This document shows positions 11,974 to 26,266 of a stretch of DNA of 64,000 nt, piece by piece. The translations under genes were made by a program, and so were the position numbers. The stretch's first letter is position 1, and every line of letters starts with the position of its first letter. Under the pieces are notes generated by a model, which did not search any database, was not told the DNA's origin, and saw only the letters and a list, made by a program, of their open reading frames with translations. Location of the stretch: positions 20,398,001 through 20,462,000 of the forward strand of contig NW_027266270.1 in the NCBI RefSeq assembly GCF_022045235.1, in the 5' to 3' direction. Source of the stretch: Haliotis cracherodii (lineage: Eukaryota).

Positions 11974-14900
11974 CCTTGGGAGTACCAGGTAATGTAGGGA
12001 TTCTGGACTACAATAGGGCCACAGCAGCTGCTCAGGGCTTTGTTCAAGGGCTGCCTAACATGAAGGCTGGTGGGGGGACAAAAAAGAGGTGATGTCTATG
12101 TGTGTACCCCATGCCATGGAGTTGTGTGGTCCACATTGCAGACAAGCTGAGTTTGGTTGCTGGAACATTTCTTGTTGCTGCCAAAAACAATCACTTACTC
12201 GTCCCTAATTTACAACACTGAGCCAAATGTAATCAGATTAATTTGATCAGGGAAATGACAATGTGCCTCTTGACAGTATCTATGGTATTCGAGAAGTGAT
12301 AACATACATTATCAACAAATAACCACAATTTGTTTCACATACCTTCAAAGACATCAGAGTCTAAAGAACAAACAAAATCAAATATTTTGTGGTGCAATTA
12401 ACATCCACATGAAGTTCAGTTTACCGTCAATGAAGTTCAGTTAAGCTTATTCCTAATTATCACGCTGTGTAACTTCAAAATCAAGGTGTGTTTTCATGGT
12501 GAAATGAGAGTGCACCGAAAAGCAATGAATATTTAAAGCTTGGGAGATGCAGGGGAGAAGATTGGTTACCTGACAAACTATCAATACATGACAATCAAAG
12601 ATGTGACCTACCTGTCAGCCTCAGCCATGCTTAACAGCACATCAATAGGCAATCATTTATTCATTTTCTCACTTTCTATGGCTGAAGAGGATATGTATGG
12701 ATAGGTTATACACCCGGGTGCCTAACATCTGTGGCAGGCTGCAGGAGACGCTGTGACAGGGTTCCTTGCCGTCATCACGGAACACCTGTACGACAGTAGT
12801 GTAGAATCACCTGATGCTTGCCTGCCTGCCTGCCTGCAATCCGCCTGCTCAGTCGTTAGCTTGGCTCAAAGACGCTTGCAGATAGCGAGTCCTGTGGTCA
12901 CCGGAGCCACACACATGGAAACTCGGAGGACATCTCAGCCGAGGTACTTAACCCCCATCCAGGTGCCTGCACCCATCAATGAGCAGAGAGGGCTGTCATC
13001 CGTGTACGAGTACAAGAGCGAGTGGGCAGAATAAGATTACTGGGATTTTACGACATACATTTTCTGCATCTGCCTGTTGCTGCTGCCTCCTCTACATGCC
13101 TACTCCTCCTGCGTTCCTCTGTACATGCGTGATTGTGTTAACGACAGGGTGGCATAAAAGTCGACAGAGCCTGGTTCCACTTGTCAATGAAGTTGGACGG
13201 CCACATCCTAACTCGTGAGTGCAGTATGTTTATTAAACTGCATACATTATGCTCATAGCTGTAGGAAGTGTTGTATCACAAGCCTCTCCTCCTGCTTCTC
13301 CGTGACTCAGTCCAAGTGTGACCCTCCACTTGTCATCCCTGGGGAGGGGGTCTGTCAGCTCAGGAGGCCACATCTCATGCTGTCCGAGGTCTGGCTAACC
13401 AACCCCACTGTCGACCACGCACATGTGCGATTATACATAGCGCTCTCTCTCACTCTGGCCAGTCAGCTCAGCTTCTCTGATTAATCTGCAGGAAAAACAG
13501 CATGGAGCCGAATGCTTGGTGATAGTCGAGTGTCTGTGAGAGACTGCACCCACCTTTTACTTCATGTTGTGTGACCAGTGCGACTGTACTTGACCCACGT
13601 CAGACCGACTCCGACTCCACACCCTGCAGCACTGGCTCCCCCCACCCACCCCCCAGCAAGCTGGACCCACCTCGACCTGTCACTGGTCACATGGTCAGTT
13701 CCGGGGATCACAGACTCCCGCTCACACCTGGATTACTTGGTTCCAACACGGATGTCATTCATTAAAATGTTAATAAATCTGTGATATGATGTAGTGAATG
13801 GATGATGCTGGGATTACCTTAAGTTTTACCACCACCACTTCTACTACCGCCGCTGTCGCTGCCGGCTCAACAGGACGTACTGCGTACCAATGACAATGAT
13901 ATCGTACACAGGAGGGGTACGTACTTATTTACCATTACCTCTATTGTCACTTGTCCAACTTGTCCTAAGCTGGTGGCATCAGGCCACCACTACAACGTAC
14001 AGCCTCATTAAGTCCCATTGCTCCTTCCAACTACAATGTTTCACTGTCAAAGCATCTCAAACATTTTTTCAGCGTCTTTGACAAATCTCTAGCTCTAGCA
14101 GACACATGGTAAGAGTTATTGTCTGGAAGCGATCAGGCTAGCATGTAATGCTAGGCACACAGTAATCTCCGCCATAGCACATGGTTAATACTTGTTAGTG
14201 AGGCTACATCATGCTTTATCACCTCGTAATCCACCAGTGATGCAAGGACAGAGATAGAGAAGTTGTTGAAAGCATTTGGAAGGTCTGCTACCAGGGGATT
14301 ATACTACCTCCGGTTGACAACGTTGTAGCGCTGTTGTGCTTTGAAGTAGCTGGGTTTGGCAGGGAGACATACCATTATTGCTCAGTACAGTGATCAGCAT
14401 AAGGTGGTGGTGGTGGGTGTGGTGATGGGTGGGTTTGGGGGTTGGGGTGAAAAAAACTCAAAAAAAAGAACATGATATATACCCCATAACTTGTTTCAAT
14501 GAGCATGAGCTAAAAAATATCCTGGATTTGAAATTGAGAAAATGAGCCCCTCGGTTGCATCATCAGAAATGTATCATAATTAAGACTAGTGTGAACGTTA
14601 TTTCACTACTCCTCTGAGTTTGTAGCTAGTTCTGCTTGAATAATACAAAAAATCTAATGTGTTCCTATTTTCTGTTGGGTGTTATTCAGTTCTGGTTTGT
14701 AGAAAAATGGAGGCATTGAGTTCTAGTTTGTAGAAAAATGGAAGCATTGAGTTATGGTTCAGTATTTTAGCCCTGGTCATTGATGACTACCATCATCGGA
14801 TTTCTACTTGTCCTCAGTATAAATTTGGAGTCTCGGGCTATCAGACTAACATGAATTTTAAAGGCTGTGTACACAAACCCTCTAACTTGTATCAATGAAT

Positions 14901-15019
14901 ACAAGTACAGATCATGTACTGTGATCAAGTCTGGATTAGAAACTGAGGAACATGGTTTGAGTGTTTCAATTAAATCAGAGCTCACTGCTGTACATACGAA
15001 CACCATTACAGAAAGGTGA

Positions 15020-15179
15020 GGGGCGGTCGGGTAGCCTAGTGGTTAAAGCGTTAGCTCATCACGCCTAAGACCCGGGTTCGATTCCCGACATGGGTACAAT
15101 GTGTGAAGCCCATTTCTGGTGTCCCCCGCCGTGATATTGCTGGAATATTGCTAAAAGCGGCGTAAAACCATACTCACTC
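15020..15179 (+). mobile_element. SINE family A, full length
   Basis: A box TAGCCTAGTGG, B box GGTTCGATTCC, (ACTC)n tail, TSD acagaaag on both sides. Confidence 0.92.
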
Positions 15180-16069
15180 ACAGAAAGAGGGACTGAGAGA
15201 TTACAGTGGATAGGCTACTCTAACAGTAACACACAACACACAATAAGTCTCCAACTTGGTGTTAGGCATATCATGTTTCACACTGCCTGCTGTCACAGCG
15301 AAAACAGAGAAGACAGATCATACTGTCAGATTTCAATCGATGACAAAAAATATACAAAAATCATTACAAAATCAATCTTCTCTGAAAATATACACCGACG
15401 TTTTGATCTGAGCATGTAAAGGGAGATAATTAAGTAGTTGTGGGAGGGCGATACTGATCGGATGACAATGAATGAAAGACTTGTGTTGCCTTCACTAGCT
15501 CTGGGAAGGTATTAGTACACAACGTTGTCAGGAAATGATTTTATGATTAACTGTCATAAAATAATTCACAGCAAAAATATGAAAAACCTTAATAAGATCC
15601 GTATGTCGGTTAACATTGGAGGTCATCAAAACTATATATACCCTCTCAATGTACACAGTGTTCCTCCTACAATGTGCTATTGTGTGTAACATGGGCTAAA
15701 ATTGGCAACAATAGAAACAGAAACAACCAACCGCTATTATCCTTTCTGATGCATATCACATGAATAACATAAATGAAGTTGACATTTATACAGCAGTGTG
15801 GTGGAACAACCAACAAACACGTTCTGTATTGTCAAGAAAAATGTTGGTCATTCATATCAAAATTGCAGCACACCGCAGCAAGAAGGTAAATTGTATTGGA
15901 TATTAAGTCCCCAACAGGAGAAACAGATTGATTATTTCCCCGCGTTAGAAATGGGTTCGAGCAAGTATTTAGAGAGAATTGTCAACATGGTGATTACTGA
16001 TGTAAGGCATGTATTGATTTACACAGTGCCTGCTATTAGCCTCTCACACTACTCTGAGATAGGCATCAG

Positions 16070-17003
16070 ACACTAGTGTGACCAATACCGTACACGGTCA
16101 TAAGTAGGCCCATGTGGCCTCTCCTCTGTAGCAGCTCACATATCTCACACACTAGTGTGACCAATACCGTACCCAGTCATAAGTAGGCCCATGTGGGCTC
16201 TCCTCAGTAGCAGCTCAGTCACGTATCTCACACACCAGTGAGACCAATACCGTACACGGTCATAAGTAGGCCCATGTGGTCTCTCCTCTGTAGCAGCTCA
16301 CATATCTCACACACTAGTGTGACCAATACCGTACACGGTCATAAGTAGGCCCATGTGGTCTCTCCTCTGTAGCAGCTCAGTCATGTATTTCACACACTAG
16401 TGTGACCAATACCATACACGGTCATAAGTAGGCCCATGTGGTCTCTCCTCTGCAGCAGCTCAGTCATGTATTTCACACACTAGTGTGACCAATACCATAC
16501 ACGGTCATAAGTAGGCCCATGTGGTCTCTCCTCTGCAGCAGCTCAGTCATGTATTTCACACACTAGTGTGACCAATACCATACACGGTCATAAGTAGGCC
16601 CATGTGGGCTCTCCTCAGTAGCAGCTCACATATCTCACACACTAGTGTGACCAATACCGTACACGGTCATAAGTAGGCCCATGTGGTCTCTCCTCAGTAG
16701 CAGCTCAGTCATGTATTTCACACACTAGTGTGACCAATACCATACACGGTCATAAGTAGGCCCATGTGGGCTCTCCTCAGTAGCAGCTCACATATCTCAC
16801 ACACTAGTGTGACCAATACCGTACACGGTCATAAGTAGGCCCATGTGGTCTCTCCTCAGTAGCAGCTCAGTCATGTATTTCACACACTAGTGTGACCAAT
16901 ACCATACACGGTCATAAGTAGGCCCATGTGGTCTCTCCTTAGTAACAGCTCAGTCACATATCTCACACCAGTGTGACCAATACCATACACGGTAATAAAT
17001 AGG
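16070..17003. repeat. Minisatellite, 79/83-bp unit, ~11.5 copies
   Basis: cacactagtgtgaccaatacc(g/a)tacacggtcataagtaggccc... repeated. Confidence 0.97.
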
Positions 17004-17362
17004 TCCATCTGGTCTTATTTGATGTGAGCTTTGTTTTCCTCTCCACTGTTCAGTCACAAAGATTCAGTCACAAAGATCCATATTGGAAAAAGAACATCCA
17101 CGTTGACACAAGATGTTTCAGAAAAGAAATCCGAGCAGGATTAAAATGAATCTGAAACATTAACTATCCCGAACATAAGTACACCCTTACTCTGCCTGAA
17201 ATTCTACCATTCCTTGGGATACCTTTAACATTAGAATACCAACTCGGGCCAGTGCCAATCTGCATTCCTGCTGTGTGGTTCTTCTAACTGATGGAAATTA
17301 TTGTGCATTCAAATCCTGTTAGGTAAACAAGAATAAGTGTATACCTACCCACATTCTCTCCT

Positions 17363-18025
17363 GTATTTACCAGTTCCACTACCAAGGGTATTTAACAGTT
17401 CCACTACGAAGGGTATTTAACAGTTCCACTACCAAGGGTATTTACAAGTTCCACTACCATGGGTATATACAAGTTCCACTACCTTGGGTATATACAAGTT
17501 CCACTACCATGGGTATATACAAGTTCCACTACCAAGGGTATTTACCAGTTCCACTACCAAGGGTATTTAACAGTTCCACTACGAACGTATTTAACAGTTC
17601 CACTACCAAGGGTATTTACAAGTTCCACTACCATGGGTATTTACCAGTTCCACTACCATGGGTATATACAAGTTTCACTACCAAGGGTATTTACCAGTTC
17701 CACTACCAAGGCTATTTAACAGTTCCACTACCAAGGGTATTTACCAGTTCCACTACCAAGGCTATTTAACAGTTCCACTACCAAGGGTATTTAACAGTTC
17801 CACTACCAAGGCTATTTAACAGTTCCACTACCATGGGTATTTAACAGTTCCACTACCAAGGGTATTTACCAGTTCCACTACCATGGGTATTTACCAGTTC
17901 CACTACCAAGGGTATTTACCAGTTCCACTACCATGGGTATTTACCAGTTCCACTACCATGGGTATTTAACAGTTCCACTACCATGGGTATTTACCAGTTC
18001 CAGTACCAAGGGTATTTACCAGTTC
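17363..18025. repeat. Minisatellite, 25-bp unit, ~26 copies
   Basis: gggtattta(c/a)cagttccactacca(a/t). Confidence 0.97.
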
Positions 18026-19210
18026 AAGTAGCCATTGCTTGCAGCAGGAGGTCACGGTAACCTTCCCTCACTCCATCACACTATGGCGACACTCTTGTTA
18101 ACCCTATCTATTACCTAATACCAAGAACTGTCCTCAATGTCAAACACAAACAAAACGTTCACCCCCCAAAAATAATTTCCTTTTTCCGATGTCCATAATA
18201 CATCATGGTGTCACCAATATTGACCATGGATTTGCATGTGCCAACCCTTTTGAGGTTTTGCCCTCATCACCATGTTCGATACATCATTGCCTAAAGACGG
18301 CTCACTGAAAGTATATGCTACTCTTTCATCCATCAACATTTAATATTGTGTACACAAAGACTGGTAATGACAAATCCGTACTTAAAACGTCAGTTTTTAA
18401 TGTGGGTGGAGTGTAACTCACTCACACCTGGACAAACAGCCCATAAACATGATCAACCAAAACATTAATCTGAATTTCCAAAGCAACTGGCAAAATAAGT
18501 TTTTTGGCTTAATGCTTATCAGAAAGGTCTTCCACTGCTCACAAATACGTCGCGTGTTGTCTTATTATATCTCTACTTATGGTCTACTTAAGTTTTTATT
18601 TCTCCTTGAAAAGCATGTATTAGTAGGTGTATTTCCTTGAAAATCCTTATTTCATGTTGTATATATTCATTCCCCTTTAAATAGCATATATGAAAATACT
18701 TATTCCCCATGAACAGCAAATTTGAAAATATTTACATCCCATCCTTGAACACTTATGAGAATATGTATTGCCCCTTATGAAAAGCCTTTTTTCCTTCCTT
18801 TTTTCAATAGCCCTTGAACAGCTGATACAAATACAATTATTCTGCTTTAAAACGTATATATATATTAGTATATTTATTCGCCTTGTAGAAATGCAAATAT
18901 TATCTCCCAAACAGCATATATCAGAACCTTTGCTCTGTATCACATCATTTAAACCTTGAAAATCACATTTCCCTGAAGCTATTCCCCACTGAAACAGTGT
19001 ATATATATCACTAGGTTATGTACATTCAATTACGACATCCACCAAATATACCTGTCTGAGAAACACTGATATTTTGTATACAGTGACGACCACCATTTGA
19101 CACCAACATTGTAAGTTTTTGGGGTAGCTGGATGTACACTGGAGAGAGTCTGGCTCTCCTACAGCAGAAAATACCAGTTTACAATCAGTGTGTGTTGTAT
19201 CTCGAATTGC

Positions 19211-20389
19211 CTTGCACCTACACATTAACTCCACACACTGCTTGAAGGAATCCGGCCCTGCACCTACACCCAAACTCCACACACTGCTTGAAGGAATCCG
19301 GCCCTGCACCTACACCCAAACTCCACACACTGCTTGAAGGATATCAGGCCCTGCACCTACATCAACTCCACACACTGCTTGAAGGATATCAGGCCCTGCA
19401 CCTACACCCTAACTCCACACACTGCTTGTATTATATATCATGCCCTGCACCTACATCCAAACTCCACACACTGCTTGAAGGAATCAGGCCCTGCACCTAC
19501 ACCCAAACTCCACACACTGCTTGAAGGATATCAGGCCCTGCACCTACATCAACTCCACACACTGCTTGTATTATATATCATGCCCTGCACCTACATCCAA
19601 ACTCCACACACTGCTTGAAGGAATCAGGCCCTGCACCTACACCCAAACTCCACACACTGCTTGAAGGATATCAGGCCCTGCACCTACATCAACTCCACAC
19701 ACTGCTTGTATTATATATCATGCCCTGCACCTACATCCAAACTCCACACACTGCTTGAAGGAATCAGGCCCTGCACCTACACCCAAACTCCACACACTGC
19801 TTGAAGGATATCAGGCCCTGCACCTACACCCTAACTCCACACACTGCTTGTATTATATATCATGCCCTGCACCTACATCCAAACTCCACACACTGCTTGA
19901 AGGAATCAGGCCCTGCACCTACACCCAAACTCCACACACTGCTTGAAGGATATCAGGCCCTGCACCTACATCAACTCCACACACTGCTTGTATTATATAT
20001 CATGCCCTGCACCTACATCCAAACTCCACACACTGCTTGAAGGAATCAGGCCCTGCACCTACACCCAAACTCCACACACTGCTTGAAGGATATCAGGCCC
20101 TGCACCTACACCCAAACTCCACACACTGCTTGAAGGAATCAGGCCCTGCACCTACACCCAAACTCCACACACTGCTTGAAGGATATCAGGCCCTGCACCT
20201 ACACCCAAACTCCACACACTGATTGAAGGAATCAGGCCCTGCACCTACACCCAAACTCCACACACTGCTTGAAGGATATCAGGCCCTGCACCTACATCAA
20301 CTCCACACACTGATTGAAAGAATCAGGCCCTGCACCTACACCCAAACTCCACACACTGCTTGCATTATATATCATGCCCTGCACCTACA
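19211..20389. repeat. Minisatellite, 46-48-bp monomer with 140-142-bp higher-order trimer
   Basis: The variant ttgtattatatatcatg recurs at 19426, 19566, 19706, 19848 and 19988. Confidence 0.97.
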
Positions 20390-22821
20390 TGAGACCACCT
20401 CAGATTGTTTTGTATATTCCTGTGTCCCTGGCTCTACTTTACTACCGCTCCTCCATTCTTCAACATGTCTTGCTGCTGACGGGGAGCCATATAAAGGCTG
20501 ACACCTTCTCTAGTGCATCAGTCTGTCACAAAAAGATACTGCAATAATCTTTATGCCTTTCAGGATAGCATTAACTGACATAAACATTGATAAGACACTT
20601 TTGAGAATGCTATGTTGACTTACATATTGTTGCTAACCATGACTTATGGTTCACATCACATTCATTTCCTATTTCGGTGCAACCTACAGGCTCAGCCTGC
20701 TGTTCAGAGGCGAAGGATAATAATCAGGGTCAATGTTGAATTCAAAATCAGGATCCTGGTAGTTGAGGGAAGTAACTCTTCAGACCATTGGGAAAGGTTA
20801 CATTGATAGATTTCTTTCCCATAAGCTTTCACAAAGTTTGAAGCATAACGTTGCGTGTGACATGATAGATGCAGGCAATGGCGCCATGTTCAGACTGTCT
20901 GGGGACTGGAGTTATTGACCCTGGAAAGATATGCACTTGAACATTCCCCCCCCCCTTCCCCCTGCATTATTTAGAACCAGGGCAATTGTTTTCACTGGCA
21001 ATGGGTTCCAATAATTATTCACAACAATCTGAAGATCTGCTGTTCAGAACTGATTAACATCAGGGTATGATGACACACCAAAGCAGCAAATTCACTCCTG
21101 ATAACTTTTTCTTTCACAAAACAAAATAGATTTTTACCATGATGTCTTGGCTACTCGTTCCAATTGCCTTTTATGAGATGTCCTAGAGATATGTTTTGAA
21201 ATGAAATGATTCATGTGCCTACCCTACAATAATGAACCAATGAAGGCTTTTCCTCTTGGTGTTCCAGGCTTTCCTCACATCCTAAAAGGACAAGTTTCAA
21301 TGGCAAAGATAAAGTTGTAATGATGTCACCTCCCTTCCAGCCATCTTAGTTTGGACTGGTTTGGACGACACCTTACAGATTTCATCATGAAATGTTAGCT
21401 TCATCATAAACACCTGTCTCTGTAAAATATTTACTGCTAGAAATCAAGGACCCTACTGCATGTCGTCAAATGTAAATACCCGATATAACATTCTTCCCAT
21501 GTGCAATAAAGAACTTTTACGCCTCTCTGACATCAATTTATTTGATTGAACACATAATTACCGAAAAGTTATGAAAATCAGGTTTCAAAGCCATTTTCAG
21601 AGTCCTACCGCTTTTTGATGCACCTGAAAAAATAATCTGAACTCTTTTCATCACCTTATACATCAAAGTGCCTCTGTGCAGTGGAGAGATGACGGGCATA
21701 TAAATCTATGTTAAACAAGCAGTAACACATTACTGCTGGACAAACCAAACCATTTGCTTGTTGTCCTTTGTGCACTGACAATCGAATGGCAAGGCCCAGG
21801 CTGGCCAGTGTGTTTCAACTATGGACACAGTAGTCCAGTAGCTGTTGCAATGACAGGCGCCGATACTTAGCCAAGCATTCAATAAATCATTGATTCCCAT
21901 GTCAGCTACTTGCTACCCGTTCATGATAATGTGAGCTGGAGTGATAGCCGTCGTATTGACGCTGTCATCATCAGTCTCCAAATTAACAATCCCATTTTCC
22001 ACAAAATAAACCATGTAAAAGTTCCTATTGTGTACTTCAAACAGTGGAGCCTTCATCAGTTTGAACTTTTAATGCAGTAAAAGTTATTTCATAACAAGTC
22101 TGGATGAGAATTTATTTTAAAAATTCAAATCGTTGAATCCAGGAATGAAATATTGGCAAGTTGTCGCAGATTTCAGGCTTATGCTAGTTTTGCTGACACA
22201 GAAACTAATAAAATGGTTGTTAAGTCATGTATATTTAATAACTATCTGACTTTAATAGTTTCATGCATTCTTGCATTGACTTTGACACAATATTTTACTC
22301 TATTGTCCTTAGAAAATTTTATCAGTTGATATGAAACACATTTTTCATACTTGAAAATTGTGTTATCTGGATCAATTACAAAATTTTGAAAGCTTACAAA
22401 ACAGACAAAAGCTTTTACCATAACATCTATTATTCAACAGGGAAAACTGCCTATGATAAAAAGGGTATTAGATGAATGCAAGGTGCCACCTAGAGAGTTT
22501 ATGACGATTAGGACTAGCTGTGAGTAGGAAGTGACACTAAACGGAGTAATGCTGTGGCATTCTGCCAGATCCTTGACTTCTGTGCCTACAAATGGTGATA
22601 AGATTGAATGTGTAAGCAGTAAATTTCCTCTCCAGACCTATCTTCAGCTTCCAAGATGTATCAACGGAATTTTGCCTGTGATCAATAGACAGGGCTCGTC
22701 TTCCCCTCTGTCATTAAACATTCATTCTGGCAAACCAGCAAACAGGGTCAAACAAATGGATGGAAAGCCTTAGTGACACTTGAAACAAAACTACTACAGC
22801 AGAGACAACACACTCACAAAA

Positions 22822-23335
22822 TACACTGTACCAGAACTAATATGCATTGTGGCACAACTGTTATGCATTACAGCAGAACTGTTTGAACTGTTCCAGAACG
22901 ATTAAACATTGCAGCAGAACAGTTATACACTGTACCAGAGCTGTGATACATTTGAGCATAATTCATACATTGCAGCAGAACAGTTATACACTGTACCAGA
23001 GCTGTTATTCATTGTACTAGAACTGTTATACACCGTACCAGAGCTGTGATACATTTGAGCATAATTCATACATTGCAGTAGAACTGTTATACACTGTACC
23101 AGAGCTGGATACATTTGAGCATAATTCATACATTGCAGAACTGTTATTCATTTTATTAGAACTGTTATACATTGTACTAGGACTGTTTTACATTGTACAA
23201 GAACTGTTATTCATTGTACCAGAACTGTTATACATTTCAGCCTAATTTATACATTGCAGGAGAACTGTTATACATTACAGTACATCTGTTATACATTGTG
23301 GCAGAACTGTTATGCATTGTACCAGAACAACACAC
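22822..23335. repeat. Degenerate ~21-bp minisatellite
   Basis: agaactgttatacattgtacc variants. Confidence 0.9.
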
Positions 23336-26175
23336 TGCAGTGTTACATATAATCATATTAAAGGAGTATGCACGCCTTCAATTTACAGTAGGGGAGTGCT
23401 GGGATATACAGAAGAGTACTTTGAACATTGTGACCTGTTTTCATGCCATTAATAATTTGTAACCTTAGCAACTTGTTCTGGACCTCTCTTCTTTTCCAGC
23501 AAAGTTGACAGTACTAAGCATGACCTCTCAGCTTCATTAATGTCAAATTTAACCTGGTCATTATTTATACCAGTCCACTTCTATTATAGAATGCTTCACA
23601 GTAACACTGAGCAGGAGTCAATATATTCTACTTATTTTTGGACCTACACAATTCACAGATAAGTGTACAGGATCCCAATGCTAAAATAAGTGATTTCCTG
23701 CCATGGATACAAGGACAAAGCAATATAACTGAACATTAGCTCTTGGAATTATAATACTATATATCTGGTTAATACAAGTAATAACTTACTCATAATAGGG
23801 GTTTATAGATTATACATCTCCAGGATCGATACTTATAAAACAAATTCCCTCAAGACAAGTGATTAAATCCTAGTGGCTTATCAAATTATTCCTGGGTATG
23901 GCAACTACTTTGGTGACTGAATATTCTTCAGTCAAAACCAATCATAATGAAAAACAAGTTCTGCCATTTCAAACTTCACCTTATTATACAATCCACCCAC
24001 CAAACAGGTTGTTAAACAATTTTCAGACACTTAATTGAAAACTGGATTTTCAAATGTGAACAATTTAGATGCTTAATTTTTATTTTTCCATCCAATCAAT
24101 ACTACCTTTTTCAATTAATATAATTCAATAAATTGATGCGACAGCTTATCCCACACACAATAGACTCATTACATGCATGCACGGCAATGTCCCGTTTTTC
24201 CTCTGTGAATAAATTCAATTCAGAAATATGTATTGTAGTTATTTTTAAAAGAGTACTGAGATCTCAAGCCAATAGTTAATGCTTTTTAGAGACTGAATAC
24301 ATGTTGACAATCCCTGTTATCCATGATAAAATTACACAAAAATAACATTTGATGGGTTTGTGAATGGTGACAAGACCAAGATAAGGGAGATAACCCATTC
24401 TGAGATGGATATTAGCACAAGCATTCCAGTCTGAACCAATTTTGTTAATGTTAAAAGTGTCTTCAGGGCAAGTAGAATTTCAAACATTTGGAAGGTATGC
24501 TATATGTTATAACAATTTGGCTACAAGGTTCTTACAGATATGGAAGACACAAATTCATGTCTGTCGTTTCCATGGGTTATTGGCCTTAGTCTGTCCATAT
24601 TTTGCAATAATGTAACAAACGTTTATTTTCACAATTTATAAACAAAATAAATTATGTCTCTCTTGATTTCTTCATGGCCTTTGGCACACAAATACAAGTA
24701 TATGTCATTTAGTACAAATTCAAGGCTTTTCAAGGTTGAAACCAAAAATCAAGATACAAGAGAACTTAAAATTTAATGATTTTTTTTTAAAGCCTGTATG
24801 AACCTTGGGCTGGAAGATCAGGGTTAATTTTCTATCCTTGCCATATAGAATGTACTGTCAGGGGTGGGTGATCTTTTGGTTGGTGGATTTGCTTATCATG
24901 CAGAGGCCAGGTTTATTTCCTGCTGTAGTAAACATTCAAGTGTTTTCCTTAATAAAACAGGGGAAAACTCAGACAACTATATTTGAAACATCTGACAAGC
25001 ACAACAAAAACAAACAACAATAAATAACAGGAATGTTATCTAAACTTTCTCAGCCACCTGGAGATAAGATAACAGCAATTTTCTTGTTTAGGCATATATT
25101 TGTTTACTTGTAAATATTTGATTGCATGTTACTTTGGTAATCGATTTTGCATTAACATTATTTTGGCATGTCTTGAGTTTATACTGTGAAAGGAAAGATG
25201 AAAAAACCAGAATAACATTGCTACAGTGTAATTTCTAGCCCTGCACATAGGTGTTCTACATTTTGAATACATTTTGTAAAAACTTTTCTTGCTGTCCAAA
25301 ATCAAAGTAATAAAACAGTTTGATGCCTCATTCAACATCACAGCAGCATCAGCCACTCTCTGGATGGAGACATCCACCTTCACCCACACTGAACCAACCA
25401 GAGTTGAACCCACCCTTCTGCATGAGCAATTTCTGCATGACCCACTGGGCCTCCACATAAAGGATTGTCTCGTTCAAATGAAGCCAGTCTAGAGGGCGAT
25501 AACCTCCAAGCAAGATTACTTTCTACTCCAACTCGTCTAATACGACCAATAGAAATACAAGCAATCATGGCCCTAACAGGGCTGCTTTTTCAAGCAGAAA
25601 TGTACATGAAAGTCACACAAGACTGCTTGTGGTGTACAGGGAAAAGGTTTTACATCAATTCCAGCACCTCAACTTACATAAACTGAGGCAATCAATACCG
25701 CCTGTATAGAGATACCATGACACAATGAGCTGCGCTGTGAAAGGAGAGTGGGATCTATTGCTGGGCTTCCTATACACATCAGCCAACTGGCCATAGGGTT
25801 CAGACAGGTCAACCCTCCAACCCATTGTTACCCACCATGCAACGCCTCTGCATGCCTCTGGACATCCACATCACCATGCATCACCCCATAAGTGCAACTG
25901 GTAATGGGCTATTGGCCTGTAAAACCTGGAAATTGTCAACACTAGGGGAAAACAAAAATCAATTCCATTGCAATTCTGCATTTCTTAAAAAGTTAATAAA
26001 GCAATGCCAGATCAGACACAGGAACACAGGAACACAGACAATTCAAACTTACACAAGTTTCAAAAATCTCCCATAACAGTGTTTCAATATTAAGACAATT
26101 ACCTATACCTTAACACAAACCAATAATGTCTGCAGTAGGTCCAAGTCAATGTTGGAGAAATACAGCAAGATGGAC

Positions 26176-26266
26176 GAGTGAGTGAGTGAAATGTTGTTTA
26201 ATGCCGTGGTCAGCAATATTCCAGCCATATCATGGCAACCTGTAAATAAGAGTCAGAGCTAGACAG
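26176..26266 (-). mobile_element. SINE family B 3' fragment
   Basis: cagcaatattccagccatat..ctgtaaataa. Confidence 0.65.

Noticed and set aside
16070-20389. CRISPR-like appearance of regular repeats, and the ORFs within them
   Set aside because: Head-to-tail units without unique spacers, no cas genes, eukaryotic intron.
21620-21640. Recursive splice site candidates (ttttttcag|gtgcat; also gtttgtcag|gtaacc at ~12570)
   Set aside because: The regenerated donors are weak and such matches are expected by chance in 49 kb.
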